Source of the DNA: Rhynchobatus australiae
Taxonomy: Eukaryota
Length of the DNA: 58,927 nt
Reading direction: 5' to 3'
Assembly (NCBI GenBank): GCA_034780895.1
Contig: JAUZTB010000064.1
Coordinates: 31,942,970-32,001,896 of the forward strand
The notes beneath the pieces were generated by a model, which worked only from the letters and a program-made list of their open reading frames with translations, ran no database searches and was not told the origin of the DNA. This document shows positions 11,271 to 24,384 of this stretch, piece by piece; within the stretch, counting starts at the first letter, position 1, and every line of letters begins with the position of its first letter. The translations under genes were made by a program, and so were the position numbers.

Positions 11271-12299
11271 GTTTGTTTTCAATACCGGCACTGAAGCCAA
11301 TTGGTTCACCCTACTATTGACTTAACTAAAGCTAGCTATTTTAGCTAAAGCTGGGTATAGAACTTGATCTGTATAGGTTAACATCACAAGTCAGTGCAGA
11401 AACCTGAAATCTTATCTGTATAGTGTGCAAAAGGTACCAACTGAGTCATGGAATATAATGCTGATATAGTACTGATAATGCTCTGATGCTTCCTTCAAGC
11501 AGATTTTTTTATCAATATTCTCAAAAAATTAATAAAAATAACAAAAAGGGAAGCTGAAATGGTGATCAATATTATGTGAATTTCTTCACGGATATTTCCT
11601 GCCAAAAGCTAATTATTTAGTTTCCTCTTCACCTTTATTTCACATTCACTCTACTCTTTATTTATTAATTTCCCCAGTTTTCATTCACTCTCCAGGCTAT
11701 TTTTCATCCTTTTATTTATTTCTCTCCTTCCTTTCTAACTCATTCCATATTCCAGTACTACATTNNNNNNNNNNNNNNNNNNNNNNNNNNNNNNNNNNNN
11801 NNNNNNNNNNNNNNNNNNNNNNNNNNNNNNNNNNNNNNNNNNNNNNNNNNNNNNNNNNNNNNNNNNNNNNNNNNNNNNNNNNNNNNNNNNNNNNNNNNNN
11901 NNNNNNNNNNNNNNNNNNNNNNNNNNNNNNNNNNNNNNNNNNNNNNNNNNNNNNNNNNNNNNNNNNNNNNNNNNNNNNNNNNNNNNNNNNNNNNNNNNNN
12001 NNNNNNNNNNNNNNNNNNNNNNNNNNNNNNNNNNNNNNNNNNNNNNNNNNNNNNNNNNNNNNNNNNNNNNNNNNNNNNNNNNNNNNNNNNNNNNNNNNNN
12101 NNNNNNNNNNNNNNNNNNNNNNNNNNNNNNNNNNNNNNNNNNNNNNNNNNNNNNNNNNNNNNNNNNNNNNNNNNNNNNNNNNNNNNNNNNNNNNNNNNNN
12201 NNNNNNNNNNNNNNNNNNNNNNNNNNNNNNNNNNNNNNNNNNNNNNNNNNNNNNNNNNNNNNNNNNNNNNNNNNNATCAATTTGCCAAGTTTCTAATAT

Positions 12300-12430
12300 T
12301 TTATGGATGAAATATCATCAACCCAAAATGTTAACTTAATTTCTCTCTCCACAGATGCTGCCTGACCTGCTGAGTACTTCAATGGTCTCTACTTTTATTT
12401 CAATATCTAGGGTATTTTGCCTTCTGATTT
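12300..12430 (+). mobile_element. Degenerate Penelope-derived terminal fragment
   Basis: tctctctccacagatgctgcctgacctgctgagt motif; hammerhead core mutated. Confidence 0.6.
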
Positions 12431-12699
12431 TGCCAAGAACTAATATAACACAAATCTGGCTATATTCTAATCTTTTTTTCAGAACAGGCAAAAACCATTA
12501 GTTCCATCAAATCTATTGTCATTTCTGTATCACAAAACCAGTATTTCACATGCTCACCAGATCTGTGAATACCTTCAGAAATTTTTATTGTTTCTTCAGC
12601 ATATTCATACATCAGTGTTCTTCACTGCTGACTTGGTAAAGAAAGTCCTGCCACATTTCTCTTTGTACTCCTGGCATAATCTGCTATTTGAACTCTACT

Positions 12700-13040
12700 G
12701 CAAGGCAGAGTAGGGAGCGCCGTTGCCTCACAGATCAAGTAAACTGGGTTCAATCCTAGTCTCTGAGGCTGTCTGTATGTATGCAGTTTGCACGTTTTTC
12801 CTGTAACTGCATTGGTTTCCCATGCATGTTCCAGTTTCCTCCCACTTCCCAAACACATGCTGGTAATTTTTTTTGGCTACTATAAGTTATTCTTATTGTG
12901 GATGGACGGTAGGAGAATCAGGAGGAACGTGATGGACATGTGGGAGAAAATGTTACAGAGAAATAAGTGGGAGGATGGGATTTCTCCAAGATATGGCATA
13001 GACTCAATAAATCAGACAGCATCCTTCTGTGTTAAGCAAA
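12700..13040 (+). mobile_element. HE1/V-SINE-like tRNA SINE
   Basis: B-box gggttcaatcc, V-domain gtttgcacgtt..ggtttccc..cagtttcctcccac, CR1-like tail. Confidence 0.8.
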
Positions 13041-13774
13041 TATGAGAACAATTTTGCTCAGATGCATTTTGTCAGTTCCATTCATAATCTTGAAAATTTT
13101 ATTTGGATTACTAAAGAATCTCCATCATTGAATGCTTGAAAGCCTGAATATTATTTTATAGCATTGTACTGTGCTGAGAAGATCAATTTTAACCCTGCTA
13201 AGCTGGTAGAAATCATCCATTTGCTTTATCAGTGCTGATTGTGCCATCTTCCCTTGAGTTGCAGTTCAGCCCACTCCAAGTAATTGAGAGGAAACCCCAA
13301 TGGAAGTCAATAGGTTCCTTTATTTAAAGGTGAAGCTGACTAATTTTAAATTAAGGTTTGCATCACCCTCTTCCTTGAAGAGGAACAGGGCCAGAAGTGG
13401 CCAAGAATCATATGAATTTACCTTCCTATCACTCCTATTCTCTACAAACCACTGACCAGGAGTTCTTCATGACCTTCCTGCTAATCACTTACTTAATTTT
13501 TAGTTCAGGTAAGGAACTAAGACCTAGGAGTGAATATCTCCTGATTTCAGCAGTAGTCAGTTTCTAGCTTGCCAGACTAACTAAAGCAAGGATTTGGGTT
13601 CAAGAGGAGAGTAATTTACAGTTTATGCACAGACAGAAAACTGGGAGTTGAGGTTGATGCTATTCAAAGCAATAGACAGGAAAATCATGTGGCGTATGAT
13701 AGGATATCAATTAAAAAGCATTAATTGTCTGATTGAAAATTTTCCAAAAAAATTCCAGAGGAATCTGCAATATG

Positions 13775-14000
13775 AACATAAGAAGAACTAAGCCATAAAG
13801 TCCTTTCAGTCTGCTCCTCATATCCCTACATTCCCTTGCATCCAAAAATCTATTAAACCTCACGGAGAGAATTCCCACCTGAATAGGAAAATTCCCCATC
13901 TCAGTCCTAAATGATCAACCGCCAATATTATGCCTTGTAGTTCCAGACTTCCCAGTCTGAGGATACAACCTGTCACATTCATCTTTTAAATTTCTTTCTG
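13775..14000 (-). mobile_element. Old CR1 3' fragment
   Basis: gaacataagaagaa tail, aattcc..ccccatctcagtcctaaatg motifs. Confidence 0.55.
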
Positions 14001-14229
14001 AATCCCATAATAGAGAAGAGCTCACTTGTGGTTAGATCTTACACACACCTTCTCATGGAAATAACATTTGATATCAGAGTCATAAAAAATTATGCTATTT
14101 TCAAAAGTCTGAGATCAGAATAGAACAGTTTGTTGGAACAATTATATGTTCTATCACTGAATGTATTCCCATAAACTTACTGCAGCTGTGCCACGAGATT
14201 CTGGTGGAAAAAAGTGGCTCCGTAGGCAG

Positions 14230-14870
14230 CAATGAAAATCAGAATTGCCTGAGACACTTTTGGCTCACTGATAGGGTTGTGCACTGATGGATGAGTTATT
14301 CAGAAAAGAGGAGGTGGGAGATGTGCTGAGTGAAATGCTGCAGGAATGCGTGTTGGGACCATTACTGTTTCTAATTCACATCATAATTTGAACTCTCAAA
14401 ACAATGGCAGACTGAACAAATTTGCGGATGATGCTGAACTAAGAGAGAAGCGGAATCGGAACAGACAGTTCAGAAACTACAATACAAGCTAGACAAAATA
14501 TATAAGTGGGAAAAATGATGGCAGATGAAATTTAATATTCATATAAATGCAAAAGGTTGAGCAGACTAAGGAAAAATGAGCAAAACACACACACCATGAA
14601 AATGCTGAAAATGCCTAGGATAAAGTTGAAAGAGCCTGGAACTCTTAGTAGGCTCAGTGGTCAAAATCTCCAGCCAATGCAAAACAGCAATCAAAGCAGT
14701 CAATAAATTGTTGTACAAAGTAGACCAAACAGTAGAAGAAGTTATGGTCAGGCATTTAGTGCACAGTCAATCCACAGCTTGAGCATTGGAACCAGTTCTG
14801 GTCACAAGGAGACAATGGAAGTAGTGCGAAAAAAAAAGGCACAGATTGATCCCCACTATAAAGGTCTCCA
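14230..14870 (+). mobile_element. Degenerate CR1 RT fragment
   Basis: VLGPLLFLI.I and KFADD motifs (gtgttgggaccattactgtttctaatt; aaatttgcggatgat), cagatgaaatttaat. Confidence 0.75.
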
Positions 14871-15769
14871 AAGAAATTCTTATTGTGCTAAATATGTGAT
14901 AGGGTTCCATTGATGGCAATGCAACTCAAAATCAAAGAGTTTAGTGCACATACACTAAATTGTACAAACAACCGAATTTCTACCCCAAAGATATTAAATC
15001 GATGAAAACTGATCTCTCTATAAAGTGATCTTCTATACACTAGGATTACAAGTCTGAAAACAGTGTTTATATTTACTTTAAATTAAACTNNNNNNNNNNN
15101 NNNNNNNNNNNNNNNNNNNNNNNNNNNNNNNNNNNNNNNNNNNNNNNNNNNNNNNNNNNNNNNNNNNNNNNNNNNNNNNNNNNNNNNNNNNNNNNNNNNN
15201 NNNACACAAGTTTTCTTGCAATTCCCCAGCAGTTTCACTGGGGAATCTATCTGCTAAACCTGCAACAGGTCAGACCTAGTGCAGGTTCAGCCACCCTATT
15301 CATTTCAGTAGAGAGGAACAACTATGAGGAAGATAGATCATTTATTGAGTTTATCTAAATTTATATAGTTATTTTAGATGTTTATTTTTTAAAATTCAGT
15401 AATACAATTATTAATATTCTTGCTATTTTATGAATAGTGTTGAATGTCACAGTGTTGACAGCTGGCTAAGACTGGGAGGTTAAGCTAAAGTGGCTGTCAA
15501 AGTTTTCTTAGGGCTTCTGTGGGTGACACATGCTCAGACCCCGACAGGTGATGTTACTTTTACCCAGCAGGTCCTGCATTGTTCAGGCCTCACCAACCAG
15601 ATTGGAGCTGCCTTTGTTGGGGAATTTGCAAATTGAAGATCTGCGTAAATTATTTGCAAGGTTAACAGGCAAGATTGGTTGGCTTGCTGCAAAAGTTTGA
15701 GATGAATCTCTTTATATTCATTTTAAAATTGAGTATCTTTACCAAAAGAAAACACAGATTTCCATATCT

Positions 15770-16060
15770 CCATTTAGACCCATTTAGTCTATGCTGACTC
15801 TTAGACCATTAGTTGCAACCTATTCTATCACACATGCCTATTAACGGGCCCTGATTCCTCCACCAGCCACCTATATTGGGGATAATTTACAGTAGTGAAT
15901 TAACCGAACAACCAGCATGTCTTTGGGATGTGGGAGGAAACCAAAGCATCCTGGGGAAACCTACAGCATGTGGTCACAGGGAGAACATGCAAACTCCATG
16001 CAGCCAACACTGGAGGCTAAAATCGAATTCCTACCTGCAGTATCATTGTGCTAATTATGT
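15770..16060 (-). mobile_element. HE1/V-SINE-like SINE
   Basis: gtctttgggatgtgggaggaaacc..ggtcacagggagaacatgcaaactcca. Confidence 0.8.
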
Positions 16061-17574
16061 CTCCAAATTTACCATGTGTGTTACTTCTTGGCTCTGAAGA
16101 TACAATTCTACATACATTTCCTACATCTATTAAAATTCAAATTCCCAAAGCATCATCGTTTACTCTAAGACCTCAAATCAGACAGCAAGTGATCTTTAAG
16201 AAAAAACAAATTTAATGCTTATTCAGCTGACCTTCACCTTATTTAAAGGTCCATGGTTAACTTCATTAAAGGAAATTATTCCAATGCAAGAGAAAGAACT
16301 GTGTTCATGTTACCAATTCTGGGCTTGCTATTTGTGGTCTGGAATGTCACTAATGAGGTTTAAGGGTATGGTTTTGTGGAAGGAGACAGGATCATGACTA
16401 CATTACTCTTGTACAGTGACTCATATCTTAAATAGTGAATGATCAGCAAATGTAGTAATATAAATATGGAGTAAAATTAGTAACTACACACTTAACGTTT
16501 CAAGAATCTGCACAATTTCCAAATGAAAACAGACAGGGGAACAAAATACTTGACAGGCACCAGATTCACGACTGAAGTGGAGTTAATTCCACTATGAAGT
16601 GTGGAGTCTCTACCAATGTAGACTGTTACTTTTGATCCTTCGAGCTTTGGAAATTTTCTCCACAATAATCAAAGATTTTTTTAGAGAGAGAATTTCANNN
16701 NNNNNNNNNNNNNNNNNNNNNNNNNNNNNNNNNNNNNNNNNNNNNNNNNNNNNNNNNNNNNNNNNNNNNNNNNNNNNNNNNNNNNNNNNNNNNNNNNTAA
16801 ATGCACAGGTCAAGCCACTGTCAGTGCAATCACTTCCAAATGCTAATTTGGACATTCAAGAAGTTTGGACAAGAAAAGACTCACAACCATCTTGTTAAAA
16901 CCAGTTAGGAATTTTGACAAGAGCAATCTTTAAAACCTATGGGAAATCTAAATTTAAATCTTCAGATTGATGTTAGCTCTTATTTTTCTGGTAGGTTTGT
17001 TTGAACTTCATAATTGTTTCATTTACGGATACTCTTTCAAAACACACAATCTTTCATAATTACTTGAAATGATGAATACAGACTTATACAAAAGTAAGGC
17101 TTTTTATGACTTCCAAGTCAGCTGCGTTAAAGTATTTTGCATCAATAACAAGCACAAATAAAATCTACAATGCAAGTTAAGTCTGAATTTCCCACAAAGC
17201 AGATCTCTAAACAATAGTGTCAGAGAGGAATTTCATGGTCACATATGTACCACTCTCTCTTCAGTTTGATTGTACAGAATGTTAGCTATCTGGAAACACA
17301 ACTTAAGTATAATTCAAATCCATATGATCTACCTTTTTCCTTTGGTTAAAAGCAAGTCAAACCCCATTGTCTTCAATTTAACATATCTTTCTAAGACTTC
17401 TATAACCATGCGTTCAGCCAGGACTGGTAGGCTCTAGGCTGTAACACAGTCTTTTTCCAAACATTGTCCAGAGGTGGGAGTGACTGCCCTTGACCTCAAG
17501 CAGCATTTGACTGAGTTTTTCATCAACGAACATTGATTAAACTGAAGATGATGGGCATCAAAGGAAAAACACTC

Positions 17575-18300
17575 CTGACTGCAGCAGGACCTAGAGAGCA
17601 TTCAGGCATGGACTGTGAGTGAAAAAGGGGCCAGACAGTGACCATCTCCAACAAGGGAGAGTCTAACCATTTCCTCTGACATTCACAGCATTACCACTAC
17701 AGAATACTCCACCATAAACATTCTGGAAGTTACCACTGTACTGAGCTCAACTGGACCAGGCACATAATTACTGTGGCTGTAAGAGGTCAGAGGTTGGATA
17801 TCCTTCAGAATCAGGTTTATTATATGTCATGAAATTTGTTGTTTTGTGGCTGAAATACAGTGCAAAATGTAAAGACATAAAAATTACTATAAGCTACAAA
17901 AATAAAAAGTGCAAAAGAAGAATAATGAGGTAGTATTCATGGATTCATGGACTGTTCAGAAATCTGATATTGGAGCAAAAGAAGCTGTTCCTGAAATGTT
18001 GAGTGTGAGTCTTCAGGCTCTTGTGCCTCCTCCCTGATGGCAGTAATGTGAAGAGGGCATGTCCCGGGTGCTAAGGATCCTTAATGATGGATGCACCTTC
18101 TTGAGGTGCCGCTTCTTGAAGATGTCCTTGATGGCGGGGAGGGTTGTGTCCATGCTTGCTGAGTGTCTCATCTTCTGACACTCCAAAGGCACAAGTCAGG
18201 ATACTGATGGAATGCACTTTACCTGCCTGGATGACTGCAGTGCCTAACAATTCCCAAGAAACATGACACCATCAAAGACAAAGCAGCCAGTCTGATTGGT
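17575..18300 (+). mobile_element. CR1/L2-group LINE RT fragment interrupted by Rex1
   Basis: LQQDL..IQAW, TISNK.ESNH, TINIL.VT..LNWT.HI.TVA motifs at 17578-17803, resuming at ~18155-18300. Confidence 0.7.
17805..18150 (-). mobile_element. Rex1/Babar LINE 3' end
   Basis: cagaatcaggtttatt tail; minus strand I.KDP.HPGHALFTLLPSGRR.KSLKTHT..FRNSF motif. Confidence 0.8.
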
Positions 18301-18392
18301 GACACAAGACACTGCAGATGCTGGACTCTGGAGCAACAAAGAATCTGCTGCAGGAACTCAGTGGGTCGAGCAGCATTGGTGGGGGGAAAGGA
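18301..18392 (-). mobile_element. Penelope-like terminal fragment (truncated before hammerhead)
   Basis: gacacaagacactgcagatgctggactctggagcaac...gaactcagtgggtcgagcagc is the reverse complement of the 1-78 motif. Confidence 0.75.
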
Positions 18393-19974
18393 ATTTATAT
18401 AACTAACTGAATTTATATTTTCCAAACATCAAACTGGGAGTCATATTCATGTCTCCAAACAAATTGTCTACTTGTCCAAAGACTTAGCCACTTTATTATG
18501 TTGACCTATTGTGACTAACATGACTTTAGTACTAAGTCAATATGAAGCTAACATCCCTGCTCTCTCACTTCTGAGTTTTATTCCTTCCTACAGTTGAGCC
18601 TTTGGTGTCTACACCACATGGACACTGAAACCGATGAATCAATTTGTCTCTTTTTGTCAGTGAGTTCAGCCCAACATAATTATCATTTTGTAACTATCCT
18701 GCTTATACTAGTCAAAGCTGAATAAATGGTTATAATTGAAAGATTTGCGACCACTGACATTTGATTGTTTTCAATCTCCTCTTTAATTCTTCTAAGATTG
18801 CAAGCTGCCTGGCATTACAAAGTAGTGTATTGTTTTCATCTCCACTAGGATGCATCAATAATTTGTACAGATATTTATTACACAATTAAATAGATTGAAA
18901 CTTGTCCTTCAACTTACCTTGGTTAATAGCTACATGTATTAAGCCACAATCTGCATCCAAGATGTAGTAGTTACAACCTCATATAGTTAGTAACATAGGA
19001 ACAATATAAGTAATTGCATTCTCATCTGTGAATAACCAGCCACAATTGACCAACTAACACTATTTAAAGATGTTATTATGATTGGAATAAAAGTGGGAAA
19101 TGTGGGATACACAGTGAAGCAATGAATACTTGAGGGAAAGATAATGAATGTAGTATCCACATCAATCCAACTTCAACCTTAAATCTCTCTTTAGAGCTCT
19201 CACATTGCATTTCTAATACTTTCTGATTATATTTACAAATAACAACATTTAGCAATACTTAAGACAATGTGAGTAGAGTTAACAGAAACTAGGGACAATT
19301 TTAAGATGTAAGCTATTTTTCCAACTCTAAAATTTTATTCCTGGTAGCAGCCCAGTGAACATTTACTGTCTTTTCCCCTGTTTGGTCTTTATCCTATAGT
19401 GAGGTTATCCAATAAGTACTTCTGACTGATGCTTGTTGCAAACTAACAATCACTACCTTGCTTTCATATGCAATACTCCTGGTTATAAAATGCAAAATTA
19501 CACTTAATTCTCATCAAATTTCCAAATGTTTTTGCGTTCTGGTAGATTCTATTTATTTTGACCATTTAAAAGAAAAAGTCACAGAGAATTCTAAAAATGA
19601 AAATTCAGAACTCAAAGATCCATTATTTATTAATTACTAATTCAAAAGAGATTCCTGGCAGTTGGATTTAAGAGGCAAGCCTCCTCAAGGGTACATGGTT
19701 AGACATCTGGTTCGAATTCCTTTCAGACAGTTCATCAGTCAAGATTGACAGCTCTTTAACTTTTCAGTCCATTTGACACACACTTTTTCCTGTGAATCAT
19801 TTAACCCTTCTCAAGACTTATCCCAGAATCAAATTTCACTGGTCCATTCATGTAGCCAAAAGGCATTTCCCAACCTTATTGTTGACAGCTTTGGAATATT
19901 AACTCTAAATTGAAGACGAGTGCAAATCCAGCCTCACCTGACTTTGAGTGATATAATAGAACTGAACTAAAATC

Positions 19975-20205
19975 TAGCAAAAAGCAGATGCTGGAAATTT
20001 GAAACAAAAATAGCGAAAGCTTGAAACATAAAGCAGGTCAAATGACAGCTGTGAAGAGAACAGGTCGTTGATCTATTTTTCAGGCATGTATTTCTTCTTT
20101 AGATCAGAAGTTCTGAAGAAAGGCTTTCATCCCAAAATGAAGATTATTGGTTCTCTACAGATGCGTATTGCCCTGTTCTTGTTTACAATTTTTAAATCTT
20201 CCCAA
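19975..20205. mobile_element. Old palindromic Penelope-derived remnant
   Basis: gcagatgctggaaatttgaaac (minus arm) followed by ttctgaagaaagg..tctctacagatgc (plus arm). Confidence 0.5.
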
Positions 20206-20274
20206 TTAGCTTCCTACTGCTTCATACATATCCACATGGGTTTTCTTTATCCATCACTTTCATTTTAATTCTTA

Positions 20275-20445
20275 GAGATGAGACATTAAACTGAGGTCCT
20301 CAGATGAATGTTAAAATTCCATGGAATTCATCTGAAGGAGAGCAAAGGAATTATCCCGAGTGTCCTGGCCAATATGTAATTCTTAATCAACACTACTAAA
20401 TAGAGTATCTGTAAATTATCACAGAACTGTTTTTGGGACGTTGTT
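20275..20445 (+). mobile_element. DeuSINE fragment
   Basis: gatgagacattaaactgagg..gagcaaaggaattatcccgagtgtcctggccaatat Deu-domain. Confidence 0.75.
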
Positions 20446-20964
20446 GGTACANNNNNNNNNNNNNNNNNNNNNNNNNNNNNNNNNNNNNNNNNNNNNNNNN
20501 NNNNNNNNNNNNNNNNNNNNNNNNNNNNNNNNNNNNNNNNNNNNNNNNNNNNNNNNNNNNNNNNNNNNNNNNNNNNNNNNNNNNNNNNNNNNNNNNNNCA
20601 TACAGTCACAAAGGTACAGCCCACTTTCCAATAATCAACCATTCTTCACCTGTGATACAGGCCTCAGTGTGGATCATCCATTCTAGGTAAGTAGTGGCAG
20701 CATCAATCACCCTTGGGGCTTACTGTCCAGAAAAAAAATTGATCTGCTGATAGCAGTGAAATATCCCCTTCTCCTTTCACCTGATGGTACAGCAAAGTGT
20801 GGCAGCTGCTTTAAGATCAGCATCAAAAAGCTGGGACTTCCCTGTGTTCTGTGGCTCTTAACCAATCATGCACGTAGGGAACTGGGCATACCTTCTGAAG
20901 GAGTGATAGCAATCAGCTACAAGAGCTGATTTAAATAAATTCCTGCAATCATCACTGACATTTA

Positions 20965-21240
20965 ATGGCAATCCCTAATTGCCCATCAACAATTTAGTTT
21001 GAGCAGTTAAGACTCAATCCTATTGGTGGATCTGGACAAACAAGGTAAGAATGACAGATTTCCTTCCCTTAAAGACATTAATAAACTAAATAGAGTTTAC
21101 CAAAAAAAAACAATAGTTTCACTGCAATAAGCTTTTTATTTCCCATTTATTCAATTAATTCAGTTTAAATTCCCCACTTGCTGTAGTGGGATTTGTACTT
21201 ATGTCACAGGATACTAATCCAGCAACTTAATCATTATGGT
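20965..21240 (-). mobile_element. tRNA-derived SINE (same family as 25175-25540)
   Basis: Reverse-complement similarity to 25175-25540 (tttaaattcccc..gggattt; cagatttccttccc). Confidence 0.55.
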
Positions 21241-21564
21241 TAGAATGTAAAGTTTTAGCTTGGAGTTCATCCTGATATTTTGTCAATTTGTTAAAAATAT
21301 ATATTCTTAAACCTGTAATGGACTGACAATGCATTTTGTCCCTCAATTAAGCCCAGAATTTCCTGCACTTGTCCATGTAGTCTATATGTTCTAACATGGG
21401 ATAGTGAAGGATAATCCCTTCTGAAATGCATCAAAGGTTGGCTGCAGGATAGTTTTCATGATGCTCAATCAACAGTAAAGAAGATGATTAGTGAGGAACC
21501 ATGTATCAGTGCTGAAGCTGTTGCAGTTAATATGATGAATGAAAGACTTGACAGTGGGATAACC

Positions 21565-22080
21565 AAAACATAAGAAAATAGGAGCAGGAGTGGGCCACCT
21601 AGCCCTGAAGCATTCTATTAACATAATCATGGCTGATCTACTCCAAGCTTCAACTGCTCCTCTGTGCCAGGTCCCCATTATTGATTCCCAGATCTTTCAA
21701 AAATTTACCTACCTGCACTTGAATTAATTTTAATAATCTAGAATCCACAACTCTCAGGGGTAGAGAATTCCAGAGAATTCCCCTGCGAGAAGAAAATTCT
21801 ACATTCTTCAGTTTTAAATGACCTGCACCTCATCATGAGACTATGTCCCTCATTCAAAAGTCTCCCACTAGTAAAAACATCTTGATATTTACTCTGTCAT
21901 GCCCTCTTTGGAATATGTTTCATTATGGTCACCCCTCATTCTCCTGGTCTAAACAATACATTTCCACCCTATTTAGCCTTTCTTGATAGGACAATCCTCT
22001 ATCTCAGGAATTAGCCTGGTGAAACTTTTTTAAACAGCTTCCAATGCTATTATATCCTTTCTTGGGTAAGGGCGCTATCC
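21565..22080 (-). mobile_element. CR1 LINE 3' portion
   Basis: aacataagaaaataggagcaggagtgggccac tail, gggtagagaattccagag and atctcaggaattagcct motifs. Confidence 0.8.
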
Positions 22081-22164
22081 CAACTTCAGATGACATTACA
22101 CAGAAGAGAAACTTAGGGAGCCTGATGGATAATTCATTCTATGTGATCTCAAGGAATGGATGGG

Positions 22165-22830
22165 AACACAGGATACAGCAAAGGCCATAGGACTAGACAA
22201 CATCCCAGCTGTAGTATCAAAGACCTGTACTCCAGAACTAGCTGCATCTCTAGCCAAGCTATTCCATGATAGAACAACACTGGCAAGTCACTATAAGTGT
22301 GAAAAATTGCCAGTAAGGTCCCACAGGACAAATCTAGTTTGGTTAATTACTGCACAATACACACAAAATGCTGGGGGAACATCAACTGTTCATTTCCCTC
22401 CATGGATACTGCCTCACCTCCTGAGTTCCTCCATCATTTTGTATGTGTTGCTCCAGATTTCCAGTGCCTACGGTCTCTCTTGTGTCTCCATAATTATTGC
22501 ACAATCTATCTTCTCACAATCATTAGTAAAGCGACGTAAGCTGTTGTCAACAGTGCCATAGTGGGCACTTACTCCCCAGTAACCCGCCTGCTGATGCCCA
22601 GTTTGGGTTTTGCCAGGACCACATGGTGCAATCAGATATTCTACATATGCCTGGATAAGTGCAGACCCAACAGTTCTCTAGAAGCTTGAAACTATCCAGT
22701 CAAAGCAGCTAATGTGATTCACATCACCTCGACATACATTTCCTACACTTCCAATACGTGGTGGCTATAGTGTGCACGATCATAAAATGTACTTGAGTTA
22801 TGCATCAAAGCTACTCTAACAGTGCCCCTC
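22165..22830 (+). mobile_element. CR1/L2-group LINE RT fragments
   Basis: DTAKAIGLDNIPAVVSKTCTPELAASLAKLF and a NYC.I.LL.IISK motif split by a Penelope insert. Confidence 0.8.
22359..22490 (+). mobile_element. Short Penelope-like insertion with 22 bp inverted head and 15 bp TSD
   Basis: taattaYtgcacaat at 22344-22358 and 22491-22505; 22359-22380 is the reverse complement of gttcctcca.cattttgt.tgt. Confidence 0.8.
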
Positions 22831-22904
22831 AGCCCTTCTCTGTCATCCATTGACTGCAGATAAGGGTGCAAGTTTCAAGCTTTGCTTGAAAGCGTTTCAT
22901 TCTC

Positions 22905-23240
22905 TGTACTCAGAGAGCTATAGCATAGGCAGTCCCTTTGGCCCACCAAGTCTAAACCAACCATCAGGCATCCTTTTTTTTACATCTTACCTTTGCCTAT
23001 TTTGTTCTCCCCACATTCCCATCAACTCCTTCCTCCTCCAGATTCTACCACTAGGGCCTTTTACAGTGGCCAATTATCCTACAACCCAGACATCTTTGAA
23101 ATGCGGGAGCACCTGAAGGAAACCCATGTGATCACAGGGTGAACGTGCAACCTCCATAAAGACAGCACTGGAGGTCAGGATCAAACCCAGTTTTCTGGAG
23201 CTGTGAAGCAGCTGCCCTTCTACCTGTGCCAGTGTGCTGT
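22905..23240 (-). mobile_element. HE1/V-SINE-like SINE
   Basis: gaaacccatgtgatcacagggtgaacgtgcaacctcca..ggtcaggatcaaaccc and a CR1-type tail. Confidence 0.8.
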
Positions 23241-24384
23241 CACTGTATCGATCGCAAAATTAACAGGTTACAGTTGTATGGACAGAGTATAGGTTACACA
23301 AAGATGCTGGGTATTTTTCAAGAGATGTGTTTTCTAAATTCATGCTCAGGATTTTATGGTATCAGTCCTGGAATTACATGGATCCATCATAAGTCTGTGT
23401 CGAGCTAGGTGACAGAATCCAACACATCTGTCTCTGCACTTCATCACTGGACTCCACATGGAGTCCAATAGCAGAGGCTGGATATGTTAGATTATGCTAC
23501 AGATTCTTCCTNNNNNNNNNNNNNNNNNNNNNNNNNNNNNNNNNNNNNNNNNNNNNNNNNNNNNNNNNNNNNNNNNNNNNNNNNNNNNNNNNNNNNNNNN
23601 NNNNNNNNNNNTACAGATTCTTCCTCTCCGATCCCAGACGAGAGGGAATGTGGATTCCTGGCTTGAAGATTACAAGGGAAGAGAAAATTCTGTTTTTTTT
23701 ATCCACTTATTTTACTTTCAGGTATAATTAAAAACAGTACAACACTATTTTAATCACATTTATTCACCTAAAAACAAAAGTTAAAATTACTTAATTTTAT
23801 TTTAATAGTTAATTAGTTCTTAAATGTCTAAATTTCAAGGACATTTTAAAAACTTACAAAGCCTTGACAACTTTGACAACAATTGAAGGTCTATCACCAG
23901 TCTTGCATCCTATCAAGGATTATCATGCTTTTCCAGGGCTGAAACTTCTGTGGTGCACTGCCTGAAACCTGGTCACCACTCATGCCTCACCATATTTTAC
24001 TGTATGCCTCTCAGGTGTAGGGTTGGTGGTAGTAAGGGGTTGGATTTGCGGTCAGGTCAAGTGTCCCTCCACTTTCAGACCAGTTGACGGAGGGCAGGTG
24101 AAAGTGGGACCAATTCAGCCTGTGGTGTAACATTTTCTAAAGACAGTGATTAATTATATGAAGCATAATGGTCTTATTATAGGCCCATACTTTTAAATCT
24201 TTCTAAATGTGTATTAATAGTGAACTTAGTGATATATGCCAAGGTGTTTAAAATGATTTAAATGGACTTTGGACAACCAAATATTATGGTGATACTACAA
24301 TAACCTTAATCTGAATGAATTTGATTGTAGAGTGTTTTTTGTTACTTAAGAAAGTGCCACACCCAAACAAACAAGCTAGCAAGG

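Noticed and set aside
11735-12280. Long ORFs running through N gaps (also 31206-31691, 20328-20690)
   Set aside because: They are open only because Ns contain no stop codons.
12700-12780. tRNA gene (A/B-box motifs, also at 24815 and 27925)
   Set aside because: These are SINE heads followed by V-domains; no cloverleaf.
23498-23625. tacagattcttcct repeated around an N run
   Set aside because: Same 100-N gap artefact.
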